From NCBI GenBank assembly GCA_030390025.1, contig CM059425.1:164612001-164676000 (forward strand): DNA of 64,000 nucleotides, read 5' to 3'. This document shows, in pieces, positions 36,801 to 51,800 of this stretch. Below the pieces are notes generated by a model, which was given only the letters and a program-made list of their open reading frames with translations, did not search any database and was not told the origin of the DNA. The first letter of the stretch is position 1, and each line of letters opens with the position of its first letter. The stretch comes from Squalus acanthias (taxonomy: Eukaryota). A program made the translations under genes and the position numbers.

Positions 36801-39800
36801 GGATCCTCTTTGGCTGGACCGCCAGCTGACACTCCGCCAATACTCTCCTAAAATGGCAATCGGCATCCTACGTACTTCATCGGACCCGAATTTGTATTTT
36901 AAATGGGCCTATTGCCCGACTTGGGTGCTCTAACCATCAAGTGGCAAGCCAGGGGGAGGATTGCTGTGGCCACATGGCGGAAGGAATGGTGGTAAGTAAT
37001 TCCCTAACAATCCTTGAGGCACCACTGCCCTGTTTCTGCCAGGTGGGAGGCCTCAAAATCTGTCCCTACATAACATTGACATAAACCAGCTTGTCAAAGG
37101 AGATGCTAACTGGAGGATAGATCGGCACCTACAAGAAATGAAGGAAATTCATTAGGTCAGCCATTCAGATCCCTCTCCTGTGCATCAGTGCAGCTACATT
37201 GGTATCAGCAGTGGCCTGGATGTGAATTTCCTGCCCTACTCATCAACGATGAATGATTACCTAATGATAGGGAAAAAATGAGTGAGGTAGGGAAGAAAAT
37301 GTGATCGCTGATTTTATTGGAAAATCTTAATGAGTCATTATTATGTGTTTAGTGCAGGAAAGTTATCACTTGACCGAGCCCTTGACTTGACCCGTTACCT
37401 CAGGCATGAGACCAAAAACATCCCAGTGTTGCAAGGTCTGGGTTACCTGGAGGTATTTTACAAAATGGTTGTGAAAAGAAATATTTCTGATGTTGCAGCA
37501 AATCTGAAGGTAAGATTCTGTAATCCTTATATATTACTTGACGAATGTTCACTCATAGAGATAAAAATAATGCTGAGGAAAATATAACTGTGAAGCAGAT
37601 GAAAAGTATCTGATGCAAATGTGGACAATTGACAATAATGTCAAACTTCTTGGATACATTTAAGTGTTCTGAGGTCAAAAGAGAACCAAAGTGACAAGGA
37701 AACTTAGAAAAGAGAAGAGGTTTCCCAGTTTGTAGTCTGTAATAGACACACAACTATTGTTCATGTGTGTGGCCTCACTGGTCAGATACGTTTCATGTGA
37801 CTGTTGGCCAATCTCATGGAACAGTTTGGCTATAAAGGATTGGTCGGTGTTGACCGCTCCAATTTTTCAATAACCACCCTGAACACATAGCAATTTTATT
37901 TTGTAATGGTAGAAATCCTTTGAATGTTTGGCAATATTTACATTACCTTTGTTCAGTGTGAGAAAGGATTTGCTTTCATGTTTCTAATTTTACCAAAGGT
38001 CTACTTGTACCTACCCATACCAGCCATATTAAATGCGCCAAAAAACCAAGAACTTAGACACCTGTCTTGTGGCATTTTAACGTCCACCCTCCAAAGGGTG
38101 TAAACTCTTGCTTTGGAATGTTTCCATAGGCAGCAGCAGATCTCTTTCTCCCAAATGACCAGTCTTCATGTGTTAGTGAGTGGCAGCAGACCATTCAATC
38201 ATGGATACCTAAGGCCAGTCGTGCCCTTACTCAATATCCAGCAGGGGTCACTAGAGAGCGACCAGGAGAGGAAAAGCTGCTTGTTTTTCCTGTACCTAGG
38301 CAAGGGACACAGGACACTGAACTAGTTGTAGTGTGCCTGCCGACACCCTTGCTGAGATCACTTGCCTCAGCCCAGACTGGGGACTGAACCTGCAACCTTT
38401 CTGGCCTGCATCTCCCAGCAACATATCAGAGGTTGCATTTATCTACTGAACCATAGGGGAGCTCTGTACTTAACCATTTTAACCTTTTGTAAAATTTTCC
38501 ACAAATTTTGTGCATTTTTTAATATTCTCAATAGAGGTGTGTTAATTTTATGAGATTTGCTGCAGACTGTTTCTCTCCTGTAAGTGAGTCTGACTGTGTG
38601 CTGTTGTTCATGTTTCAGGGATATATCCTGCAGTTTTTCAAACACCTAATCGACAAGCAGTCATGGAGTGATGATGGCACCGTGTCAGAGCGACTGCTGC
38701 GGTCCAATCTCCTGGAACTCGTCTGTGACCTTGGACACCCTCCTTGTGTTCAGAAAGCATCAGATTATTTTAGTCAGTGGAGGAAGTCTAATGGTACCAT
38801 GAAGTTAGTAACAGTGGAAGTACAGCTTCCAGTTTATACCTTGTGGTATTCTTATGTCTAGAAAAAAAGAATTGCTTTTACTTGGCACATTATTATGTCT
38901 TTCTGAAAAGTTCCAAAATCCTTCATGGTAAATTACTTTGAAGTGGCGCTGGTGTTATTGTGTACAGCCAGATCCCACAAACAGCAATGAGATGAACATA
39001 AGAAATAGGAGCAGGAATAGGCCACTTGGCCCCTCGAGCCTGCTCCGCCATTCAATAAGATCATGGCTGATCTTGGGCTCAAAGCCACTTCCCAGCCCAC
39101 TCCCCATAACCCTTCACTCCCTTATCTTGCAAAAATTTGTCTATCTCCACCTTAAATGTATTTAATGACCCAGCCTCCACAGCTCTCTGGGGCAGAGAAT
39201 TCCACAGATTTACGACTCTCTGAGAGAAGAAGTTCCTCCTCATCTCAGTTCTAAAAGGGCGACCCTTTATTCTAAAACTGTGCCCCCGTGTTCTAGATTT
39301 CCCCATGAGGGGAAACATCCTCTCTGCATCTACCTTGTCGAGCCCCCTCAGTATCATATGTTTCAATAAGATCACCTCTCATTCTTCTAAATTCTAATGA
39401 GTATAGGCCCAGCCTGCTCAACCTTTCCTCATAAGTCAAACCCCTCATCTCTGGAATTAACCTAGTGAATCGTCTCTGAACTGCCTCCAATGCAAGTATA
39501 TCCTTCCTTAAATAAGGCGACCAAAACTGTACGCAGTACTCAAGGTGTGGTCTCACCAACACCCTGTACAGTTGTGGCAGAACTTCCCTGCTTTTATACT
39601 CCAACCCCTTTGAAATAAAGGCCAACATTCCATTTGCCTTTTTGATTACTTGCTGTACCTGCATGCTAACGTTTTGAATGACCAGTTCATCTGTTTTGGG
39701 TGGTATTGATTGAGGGAAGAATTAATAGCCAGGAGGCCTCTTTGCTTTAAAAATCCTATGGCACTATTCAATGTCCACTTGGAAGAGGCAGACATTCCAT

Positions 39801-42800
39801 CATTAACATTTAATCTGAAGGACAGCACCTCTGAGATACAGCACGCCCTCCATTCGGCACTGGGCTGTTAAGCATTTAAATGGAGCTTGACCATGCAAAT
39901 TTCTGACTCGGAGGTAAGAAAGCTTACCAGTTCAGCCAAGCTTACATTCTTTACTAATTAAGCAGTTAGTTTGAGTTTTATCTCTGATAAATTAGTTGAA
40001 AGATTACTTTGCGAGTAATGGATACCTGGGAATGATTACAAAGCAGAGATCTAATGAAAGGGTTTCGATGATCATGATGAGAACGAAGCTGCAGTGGTTA
40101 TAATCCAATGAGGCCACTGATCAGTGTTTTTTACAGAAGAATGGATAGAATCGAAGAATACAACTCTCAAAAGACTGGTGAAAAATCCTGTAATCCCATG
40201 TAATAAAACAGAAATTAACTTATTGAGGCCAATTTTCCTGCCCCCACCCCCCACCCCGATCACCCAGCATTAGATCAGAAAATAATACCATATATATTAT
40301 GTCGTTACTTCCACATAATTTAAAAACATTTGGATGTCACCGAATTGATGTCAAAACACCCCTACATTTTGGCCTCCACAAATGCACATCATGTGCAAAA
40401 AGGATGAAGACCGGACATTACAGGTCTCTGCTTTGATTTCCTATCTGTATTGCCCCAAGGCTTTATGGGCAGGAAAATTGTCTCCATTCAGTCAGCATCT
40501 CGCCTTAAACATAACTCAATCTCAAAATCCTTTTGTGAAGAAAAAAATGATCAAAAATACCAAAATGTGACCAAGAGCCACCTTTCTAAACATGCATATA
40601 TCTGTTGCTTGCTTATGTGTCATCTACAATGGAGTTTGACAAAAAGACACACTAGTTTACTGAGCACATTATTGTTGGTATTGCAGTTTGCCAACAGACG
40701 TCCTGGAGATAGTGTACTCTGTAGGTGCCCAGAGCAGTGATGGATGGGACTACCTTCTGAAGAAATACATACAGTCAGTGTCGGGTGCTGAAAAGAATAA
40801 GATTGTGTCTGCTTTAGCAAGTAGCAGAGATCCAGAAAAACTGACAAGGTATGGAATTGATTTGTATCCCATCAGATCTCCTGTGGCATCATTTACAGTG
40901 AATCAGAGATCATGGTATTGCAAAGGGGAAATGCTGGGGTGTGGAAGTGGCAAAAGGGTACACCTCTGCACTGAAAGAATTTGGAATGAGTTACAGTTGT
41001 GCTCCGAGACGGTGAAGTAAATGCCTTTCATTTTGTTCTTGGAAAATGAATAAATAAGAAATTCTGGCAGTGCTGTTGCACTGCTGTAAGTGCAGTGAGA
41101 TGGAAACTTGTCTGCTGGTCTGTCCCCACCCTGTCCATCTCAAATCTTGACAACATCGTCATTTACATATTCAGAGCGGACACCTGTGGCAGCAGTCCAC
41201 AGACCGGGTGGGATATCTGAGCAGTTTCTTGCCACTCCATTGGGTGGGAGCTGGGACCATAGGTCAGTCTGGCCGAACATTTGAAATTTTGAGACAGATT
41301 AATTTGCTGGTCAGTCTGTTTCGAAACAGAATATCCGGCCCAGGCACGATGGGTTGAATGGCCTCCTTCTGTGCTGTAGCATTCTATGATATGGAAGCTG
41401 ACGTATGTACAGTTGGCCATTACAGTGGTGTATATGCCAAAATTTCCAGGGGAGCACAGGATCCTGCCATCCACGTCCCAATATATAATGTCAGGATGGG
41501 GATGCAGCAAGTCTTCCTGCTTCCACATCTCATAGTCTCCCTCGCACTCACCAATCTCTCCCTGACCTCCACGCATACACACTGTGGCAGTCACCCATTC
41601 CATAAAAGCACTCTCTCCAGTCCACAAACATTCCACTTCCTCATCAAACTCTTTCCGCCAACCACCTGCTCCTCACTCTTCTGTACCAACATGCAACCTT
41701 TTGTCTTCCTGACTTTTGCCCGGCTCTATTTTCTGACGAGTTGCTCACCAGAGTCTTTCTCCATCCTGCCCCGACCTGATCATTTCCCTCGCGACCATTC
41801 AATCTCTACCTCCTGGCAAATGTCATTGAACAATTGCCTTTATGAGCAGGTGTGCTCATGCCGCCACTGATGTTATTGTCGCACCACAGAATGTTGGAGT
41901 GCAGCTGTCCACAAGCATGTTTACCATAACTATATTCCAATCCACAGTGCCACTCTTTCTTCCCTATCCAAGTCACCATCCATTCCTTCAATACATGTGC
42001 ATTCAGACTTCCCTGTTTGACTTCGCTACTCACCCATGCAACATTACATGCTCTAGTCCAACCACCTGCCTCTCTTTGCTGCTCCTCTTGCCTGAGCTCC
42101 CATATCCCCCATTATACTGTTTATATTTACCCTCACTTCCCACAAACACTAATGGCACATTTCAAAGTTAAAAATAAAGGAACTCTCCAGGGGCACAAAA
42201 TACCAAAGCCAGGTGGTCTACAGTTTCTTAATTAACATATAAACTTATTCAGTGCTTGTTTAACAGGAGAAGCTTCTGAATTGACCTCTGTGTGAAACCA
42301 GCAGCTTCGTGGGAGAATTTCTGTGGGGTTCTCCTGCTGTAACTTCGGAGGAAGATTGACAGAAACCCTGGAGAAACAGCATAAATGGTCACTTTTAGCC
42401 TTTTACACCATTTCTCTGGGGTTTCAGTCAATCTTCCACTGGAGAACCCCCATGGAAATTCCAGGTGATATAATGTTCCTCTGACTTGGTATGATCAAGT
42501 ATTATGTATATAATTAAAATAGGACATCAAGTATCACACTCAAATTTCAATTTTTTTTAATGTAAAGAAATAAAGGCAGTCATTTTGAAATATAGAGAAA
42601 GGCCCGATCAGTTGAAAATACCTCAATGACACAGGAGTCAGAATGTCTCTAATCGACTTTACCAATCAAACTTACAAAAAAATAGAGAAAGTTAGGGATC
42701 TGACCTACAGCCTGAGAGCAATTGTATTCTGACCTTAACCAGTGTTTACTTAACAGCATTTAGATTTTGTGGCCCTAAAAGGACACAGTTTTACTCTACC

Positions 42801-45800
42801 AGTAGAATAATAAATTCTGCATCACATCACATAATGCCCCTGTTGTTATAAAACACAAAGCAATCTACTCATTGTTAGCAACATCAAGGTAATACAATAA
42901 GAACAGTGATATGCACACATTTCTTGTCTGTCATGACCCACTTCCTGTGTCACACTTCATTTTTGGCAAATTTATTCTGGGTAAATATCTGGGCAGCTGA
43001 TTGTCAGAAAAATCCCATCAGTGAATATTAAAAAAGACAGCGTGAAAGTCAGTCATTTGGTAATGTAGTTTAAGGTCATGTTAATCCTATAATCAGATTA
43101 CTCCAAGTGAGATACTTGTCAGTCCCTTGCATACGTAATACAGTGAAGACAGAGTACTGAAAAGGTACAGCTTGCAAATGATAAAGTACATAATGGAAAC
43201 TGCTGTTGCAACATTGAAAGGGAAGATGGTTCTATAAACAAAATTTTGTAACAGTATAATAGATCCATTGTGCGTTTCATTCTGTCATCCTCAGGCTGTT
43301 GGAACTTGGCATGCAAGGGGACATTATCAAATTGCAGAATCTTGCCCATATTGTTGTGGCAGTGAGCAGGAACCCATCTGGACAACTCCTTGCCTGGAAT
43401 TTTGTGAAGAAAAACTGGAGCAAACTGATAGAGAAGTTGGTACATTTTAAAATTGTACAGTCTGTTTCTTATCTTTCAGTAGTAGTATTACCACACATGA
43501 CAGCTGGAACCACAACACAGTGTAGCAACATAGGAACAGGAGTAGTCCATTCAGCCCCTCGAGCCTGTTCCACCATTCAGTTCGATCATGGAGGATCTGC
43601 ACCTCAGCTCTGTTTACCCACCTTTGCACCATATCCCATGATACCCTTACCTGACAGAAATCTATCAACCTCAGTCTTGAAAATTTCAATTGACCAAGCA
43701 TCCACAGCTTTTTGGGGGACAGAGTTTGTGATTTCCACTACCCTTTGTGTGAAAGAGTGCGCTGAATGGCCTGACTCTAATTTTAATATTATACTCTCTT
43801 AGTCTGGATTCCCCCACCAGAGGAAATAGTTTCTCTGTATCTATCCTATTGATTCCCTTTATCATTTTAAATACCTCGATTAGATCACCCACAATCTTCT
43901 GAACTCAAGGGAATATAAACCAAGTTTAAGAACATAGAACATAAGAAATAGGAGCAGGAGTAGGCCATTCGGCCCCTCGAGCCTGCTCCGCCATTCAATA
44001 AGATCATGGCTGATCTTCTACCTCAACTCCACTTTCCTGCACTATCCCCATATCCCTTGATTCCCTTAATATCCAAAAATCTATCGATCTCCGTCTTGAA
44101 TATACTCAACGACTGAGCCTCTACAGACCTCTGGGGTAGAAAATTCCAAAGATTCACCACCCTCTGAGTGCTGAAATTTCTCCTCATCTCAGTCCTAAAT
44201 GGCCAACCCCTTATTCTGAGATTGTGACCCCTGGTTCTGGACTCCCCAGCCAGGGGAAACATCCTCCCTGCATCTACCCTGTCAAGCCCTGTAAGAATTT
44301 TGAATGTTTCAATAAGATCACCTTTCATTCTTCTAAACTCTAGAGAATATAGGCCTAGTCTACTAAATCTCTCCTCATAGGACAATCCCCCCATCCCAGG
44401 AATCAGTCTGGTGAACCTTTGTTGCACTCCCTCTATGGCAAGTATATCCTTCCTTAGGTAAAGTGACCAAAACTGTACGCAATACTCCAGATGTGGTCTC
44501 ACCAGGGCCCTATATAATGGCAGTAAGACGTCTTTACTCTTATACTCAAATCCTCTTGTAATAAAGGCCAATTTGCTTTCCTAATTGCTTGCTGTACCTG
44601 CATGTTAACTTTCAGTGATTCTTGTACAAGGACACCCAGGTCCTCTGAACACCAACATTTCCCAATCTCTCACCATTTAAAAAATACTCTGCTTTTCTAT
44701 TTTTCCTGCCAAAGTAGATAACTTCACAATTCTCCACATTATATTCCATTTGCCATGTTCTTGCCCACTCACTTAGCCTGTCTATATCCCCTTGAAGCCT
44801 CTTTGCATCCTCCTCACAACTTACATTCCCATCTAGCTTTGTATCATCAGCAAACTTGGATATATTACATTTGGTCCCCTCATCCAAATCATTGATATAG
44901 ATTGTGAATAGCTGAGACCCAAGCACTGATCCTTGCGGTACCCCACTAGTTACAGCCTGCCAACCTGAAGTTGACCCGTTTATTCCTACTCTTTGTTTTC
45001 TGTCCGTTAACCAATCCTCAACCCATGTTAGTACATTACCCCCAATCCCATGAGCCCTAATTTTGTTTAATAACCTCTTGTGTGGCCCCTTATCAAATGC
45101 CTTCTGAAAATCCAAATACACTACATCCACTGGTTCCCCCTTATCTAGTCTGCTAGTTGCAACCTCACAAAACTCTAACATTCGTCAAACATGATTTCCC
45201 TTTCGTAAATCCATGTTGACTCTGCCCAATCCTATTATTATTTTCTAAATGTCCTGTTACCATGTACTTAATAATAGATTCTAGCATTTTCCCTACTACT
45301 GATGTCAGGCTAACTGGTCTGTAGTTCCCTGTTTTCTCTCTCCCTCCTTTCTTAAATAGTGGGGTTACATTTGCTACCTTCCAATCCGTAGGAACCGTTC
45401 TAGAATCTATGGAATTTTGGAAGATGACAACCAATGCATCCACTATCTCTATAGCCACCTCTTTTAAACCCTAGGATGTAGGCCATCAGGTCCAGGGGAT
45501 TTATCGGCTTTCAGTCCCATTTAATTTCTCCAGTACTATTTTTTTACTAATACTAATTTCTTTCAATTCCTCATTCTCGCTAGACCCTTGATTCTCCACT
45601 ATTTCCGGGAGGTTTTTTGCGTCTTCTTCCGTGAAGATGGACACAAAGTATTAGTTTAATTTCTCTTATTCGCCATTATAATTTCTCCTTTCTCAGCCCG
45701 TAAGGGACCCACATTTACTTTCACTAATATGACCGTGACAAGTAGCTGGTACCTGACCCGATCAGACAGACGGCTGGCGTGCGCGAACAACTCTTCAAAT

Positions 45801-48800
45801 TCGTGTTCCTTCTTGTCTCACGTGTCTCTCTCTCTCTTTCTCTGATAACCCAAGAGTGTTAGACTAGGGTCCGCATCTGAAGAGTGTTAGACCACCGTTT
45901 CCACTCTTGGGAATCCCTCGCTCCATGGTCTGAGCTAAGAGTTCTTTAGCTCTTCCTTTTATTCTCTTTTTAGGGGTGGGCCTGAGGTAGGATATGGACA
46001 GGACCATTTAACCATTAGAGATTCCCTTTAAAACAAGGTGCCCAATGGCATGTCGAGTTCTTTCTAAACTATGGAAAAAGGGTCAACCCTCCTGTTATCT
46101 CCCACCTGTCGGGGATCTTCTCTCAACCATTATACATGCTCTCTGTACTTGACCAATCATAGCCTTACAGCATCTTGAGGACTGTCTTCCCTTATCTCAT
46201 CCGGCCCTTTCTTTCCATAGAAATAGTCTCTTATCTCATCCTGTCTGGTTCCGCCCCCCCCCCCCCCCCCCCGGGTGCAGCCAGTGCGTGTACCAGGCAC
46301 AGCTTTGGGCCATTAAATCAGTGGCCCAAGCCAGAGCTGTCTTACTCAATCAGCCGCTACCCAAACTATCTCCCCTTAATCTAACAGACTATTCCATCCT
46401 GAGATGGTACCTTAACTCCCCTAAATTCCTTCTATTCTATGTCCTTTATACTAATTAACTTTTAATTATCTTCGCAAGCAGTTCTGTTAAACAAACTCCA
46501 AATTCTACATGAGCATTATAATATGGTTATTAGTAATAATGGGAGAAACATAGGTTGGGCCTTCATTGGCCAAATTAAAGACACAAAAACAGAGTCAAAA
46601 TCCTAAACTTACAAACAACAGACAGCTATCCCGTTGTTACCTGACAAGGCCATATTTTGGGCCCCTGTGTGGGATGTTATACATCATCTAATCTAACTAA
46701 TTAAAAACACTGTCTCAAATTCGAATGCAAGTTTCTTCAGGAAACCGAAACTTATGCAGTCCCAGTAAAACATAACTTATACATTAACCCTGAGCAGAAA
46801 CATACAATCATTTGAACACAGTATTATTCACGTAGCCATCTACATTTTGGGCACCCCTAGTTTCTAACACAACCTACCTTAGCCAACTCACCTCTCATAC
46901 CTACGTAGTTTGCTTTGTTCAGGTTTAGGACTCTAGTTTTGGACTTAACGAAATCACACTCAAACTCAACATAAAATTCTATCATATTATGATCACTGCT
47001 CCCCAGAGGCTCCTTTACTACAAGGTTATTCATTAACCCTGTCTCATTGCACAGTACAAGATCTAAAATAACATATTCCCTTGTAGGTTCCTTGACACAC
47101 TGATCTAGAAAACTATCTTGAATGCATTCCATGAACTCATCCTCTGCACTATTTCTGTAAATTTGGTTTGCCCAGTCTATATGAAAGTTAAAGTCCCCCA
47201 TGATTACTGTGTTACCCTTGTTACATGCATCTCTAATTTCCTGATTTATACGCTGCCCGACACTACAACCACTGTTAGGGGGCCTGTAGACTACTCCCAC
47301 TAGTGTTTTCTGCCCCTTGTTGTTTCTTAGCTCCATCCAAACTGATTCTACATTTTGTTTTTCCGAGCCAAGATCCTTTCTACTATCTTTATTCCCTCCT
47401 TTATTATCAGGGCAACCCCTCCTCCTTTTTCATTCTGCCTGTCTCTTCTAAAAGTCAAATATCCTGGAATATTTAGTTCCCAACTTTGGTCACTCTGCAA
47501 CCACGTCTCTGTAATGGTTATTAAATCAAACCCATTTATTTCTATCTGCACTATTAATTCATCTATTTTGTTGCGAATGCTTTGTGCATTCAGATATAGT
47601 GCCTTTAGCTTTAACTTTTTTTCTATTTTTCCCTGATGTCACATTAGTCACTAATGCCTTATTACCTTTATTAATCTTTCTATCCCTTCCTGACCCACTC
47701 TGCTTATCTTTACCCAGATCACTACTCTGCTCTACAGCTTTGACATTTCTCTTGCTGCTTCTGAATTTACCCTTTCCTGAATCCTTCCACACCCCTTTCA
47801 TTAGTTTGTGCAACCTGTGCTTATAATTTTAACCCTTGAGCCCTCATATCATTCTGGTGAATCTGTGCTGCAGCCCCTCCACTGCAATATATCTTTCCTA
47901 AGGTTCTGTGTCCAAAATTGAGCGCAGAACTCCAGATGGAGTCTAACCAAGGCTCTGTACAACTGAAGTATCACTTTTTCACTTTTGAATTCCAACCCTC
48001 TTGAGATAAAGACCAACTTTGCATTCACCTTTTTGTATCTGGGCACTATCTTTTGGTGTTTGTGTACACGGACACCTAAGTCCCTTCACTCCTCCACAGC
48101 TCCTAGTCTCTCACCATAAAGATAATATTCCAATGTGTCTTTCTCAGATCCAAAGCGGATGACCTCACATTTGCAATTTGAGACCAAAATATAGAATAAC
48201 AATAACAAGGGGTTTGAAAAGTATTTTATAAAATGATGGGGAGAAATCATGAATCAAATTGAGAGCTTTTCTTTTTATATCATGTTGTTATGAATGCTTG
48301 TAGTGAGCATAATAGTGCAGTGGTTATAGTACTGTACTGAGTTAGCAACCCAGAAGTTGGATGTTCAAATCCCACCTTGGTAAGTTGTGAAATTGAATTA
48401 AGTAGCACCAGAAATGACCATGAAAGTTGACATATTGTGGATAAAACCCAACTGGTTCACTAATGTTCTTCAATGAAGACCTGCCACCCCTACCCAGTCT
48501 GGTCTTTGTGTGACTCTAGCCCACATGATATGGTTGACTCTTAATGCCCTCTAAAGTAGCTTAACAGGCCACTTAATTATACAATCGCTACTCAGACCCA
48601 ACACTGCCTTCTTAGAACAACAAAATGTATTTTAATCACTTCAGAGAGCAAAGTCACTAAATGGCTTCTTAGGATCTTAACACATGGGGAACATTTTTTT
48701 TAGCAGATTAACAAATTTGATGATTCAGTTCAGCATACCACCAAATTTTCTACCACAGTTTCTGTTTATGCACAGAACATGATGAGTTCTTGCTCAAGCT

Positions 48801-51800
48801 GTTGGTGCAGTCCAGGAGAAATGTCCTTTCCGCGAATGTGTTTTGATATTCCTGTTCAGACCTACAGGTTAATGCTGTCCAACGTGCACAAACCTGAACA
48901 GTGTTTGTGTTGAAATAAATAATTTTATCTATCAAGTGTTTAAATTTGAAAGTTTTTATGTACACTATTTTTGTCCCCTCTATCCTCACTGTGCGAAAGC
49001 TTTTGGTTTGCACTCTGTATTCCCCTCTCACACACCACACACATAGCATGGCTGATACTGAGAAATGACTAAGAGAAATCCCAGGCACACACCCACAGAC
49101 AGTACTTTACTGTTCAATGCACTGTGTCAACCTGCCACTTATATTTTAAAAGCACAATAGAATCATTCTTAAGTTCTATTAAAATAAATTGAACCAAAAA
49201 AACAATTTTAACATTCTCACTTCTACCTAGTCTTTGATACTCCATAAAATGTTTCTTTCCCACACTTTGTTTTCCGTTTAACTCATTTCCATTGAAATTT
49301 TAAAAAATTTGCTATTTTATATTTTCCACTCTTTTTTTTAATTTTTCTTTCTCTCCTCTCAGGATCTAATTGCTGCAGATTTGTGTTTTCATTCTTTCTC
49401 AAATTATGTTTCCTTAACTCATTCCATGTTAACTTTAGAAATAAAAAGACATTTACATTTAGAAGCCAACTCTAGAATATCTCTGGAATGTCTTTCGGAT
49501 GTTTTAGCAGTTGGAATAATTAGAAAGCTGAAACATTTGGATCAGTTCTATTAGACAGATTTCACTTCTAGCAAAATTGAAATACAACCTAAAAAGTCCA
49601 ACAACTGGAATCATTTTCTTTACGAAACCCCTGCGTGAATACCTCTAAAAATGCATTTATATCACCACAGATTTCAACTTGGCTCATTTACTGTCCGATG
49701 GATTATAATTGGAACAACATCTTCGTTTTCATCAAAGGAAGAATTGGAAGAGGTCAGTAAAATCTCTAATTACAGGAAACTCTCTTTTAACCGGCACCCA
49801 AATAACCGGAAATCTCTCTTAACCGGCAAAATTCTTGAGTAGGTAACCGGGGTTTTCATTCATCTCTCCTTTAAAAAAAACCCCGAGGCGTTTGCCTTGT
49901 ATCGGAGCGTGTAGATTAGGAGCCCGGGTAGGCAGCGGACACGACAGATGGTCAGCTGGCGGTCCCCGGGGAGACGGAGCTCCGAATGCAGGCGCATGTC
50001 AGTGTGTACGGGGCTCTCGGTACGTTGGGAGATATAACTCGCCATTATCTGGACTTTTTGATTAACCGGCACCACGCCGGTCCCATCGGTGCCGGTTAAT
50101 AAAGAGTTTCCTGTATATACATATTTCACAAAGTGAAAAGGATTGGGGAGGCCGAGTGAGTTTTCACACTGCCCTTTCACCTATTTGACTTGCAGTCAAA
50201 TAAAGCACAGAATGATATAATGAAAGTCTCTGCTCTGCAATTTGTACATCAATTAATTTTGGCAGTATCAACCCAAAGGCCATAATTGTCAAAGAGGATG
50301 TAAAGATATCTGGTTTGGTCAATGGTAACGTCACACTGGGGGTTCTCTTCTGAGGTTGGTATGAAGGCACATTGCAGAGGAAGGGAGAGGGAGCTGTACT
50401 GTATATGTATCTTCTGCTACATGTAACCAGTGTGCTTGACATTGGCTGTAGAGAATAGAATACTGACACCTTAAACCTTGTTGACCCTAAATATTTAAAC
50501 CGAAGGATTTGCAATTGCATTTACTGTGGGTGTAACAGTGATGTCATACTTAATTTGAGTATTGGTTGGTTATTAAAAATCAATTGCTGTGTTCCTTTCT
50601 GCATCTTCTGCCCATTTTTATAACATTTGCTAAGAGTGGTAGTGGGGTTTCAATTACAGAACGAATACAAAAATAAAAAATTGCATTATTTCTGACTAAT
50701 TATGCTAATTGTTTCTGCCAATTTGCTCTTAACTTTTTTTTTGCTGATTTGGTCATCCTGTTAGAAGTCTGTTAGTTTTTAATTTGAGTTGACATCTCCC
50801 TCCATGACCGTGATTTGAGAACACCTCCCAATTTGGTAGTTTTGATGTCAAACTGTCCAGAAATTGGATTTTTAGGGCTGGATTCCTAATCTGCTACACT
50901 GCCCAAAAGCAGTGGAAAATTGGGCAGCAAGGTCTACCACCACGCGTCCACCCTGACCTAGATTTTCCTCCCCTGCCCCAGTCGGAAAAGGCTGCCAGCC
51001 ACACACACCTTGACTATCCTACCACGTGTAAATGACAGTGGGAAAAATGGCCCTGGCAACCCATGTGATTTCCCTGCCTTTCGCTGCTATTGGCACTGAC
51101 CTCAGGAGAAGGATGGCGGTAGGCTATGGGGAAGTGGCAGAGGAACTGCTGAAGACACTTTTGGAAGGAGAGAGCCCTGTAATGGGCACATTTCCTTCTC
51201 CACTGGCCCTACAATCTTACCTTTTTTAAGCCTCAGCCAAGTATGAGGTTTAAAAAAAAAATTGACTGCTCATACCTTTGGGGCTTTCTGCTCCCTTTAA
51301 GTGGCCTCCTGTGACTGAGATCGATAGATTTTTGTTGGGTGAGGTTATCGAGGGATATGGAGCAAAGGCAGGTAAATGGAATTGAAGTACAGATCAGCTC
51401 CAGGTCAAGCATGGGCAAGGGAACCTCTTGCTGGTTACCACCTACCACCCTCAGCTGATGAATCAGTACTCTTCCATGTTGAACACCATTTGGAAGAAGT
51501 ACTGAGAGTAGCAAGGGCACAGAATATACTTTGGGTGGGGGACTTCAATGTCGATCACCAAGAGTGGCTCGGTAGCACCACTACTGACCGAGCTGACTGA
51601 GTTCTGAAGGACAGGTGGTGAGAGAACCAACACGAGGGAAAAACCCACTTGACCTCGTCCTCACCAATCTACCTGTCACAGATGCATCTGTCCATGACAG
51701 CATTGGTAGCAATGACCACTGCACAGCCATTGTGGAGACGAAGTCCCGACTTCACACTGAGGACACCCTCCATTGTGTTGTGTGGCACTACCACCATGCT

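Noticed and set aside
41163..42235. Cluster of medium ORFs in the intron after coding exon 15
   Set aside because: No recognisable domain or splice structure; probably decayed repeat sequence.
48310..48380. tRNA genes at A/B-box-like sequences (also 28880, 31425)
   Set aside because: No cloverleaf; they continue into SINE bodies.
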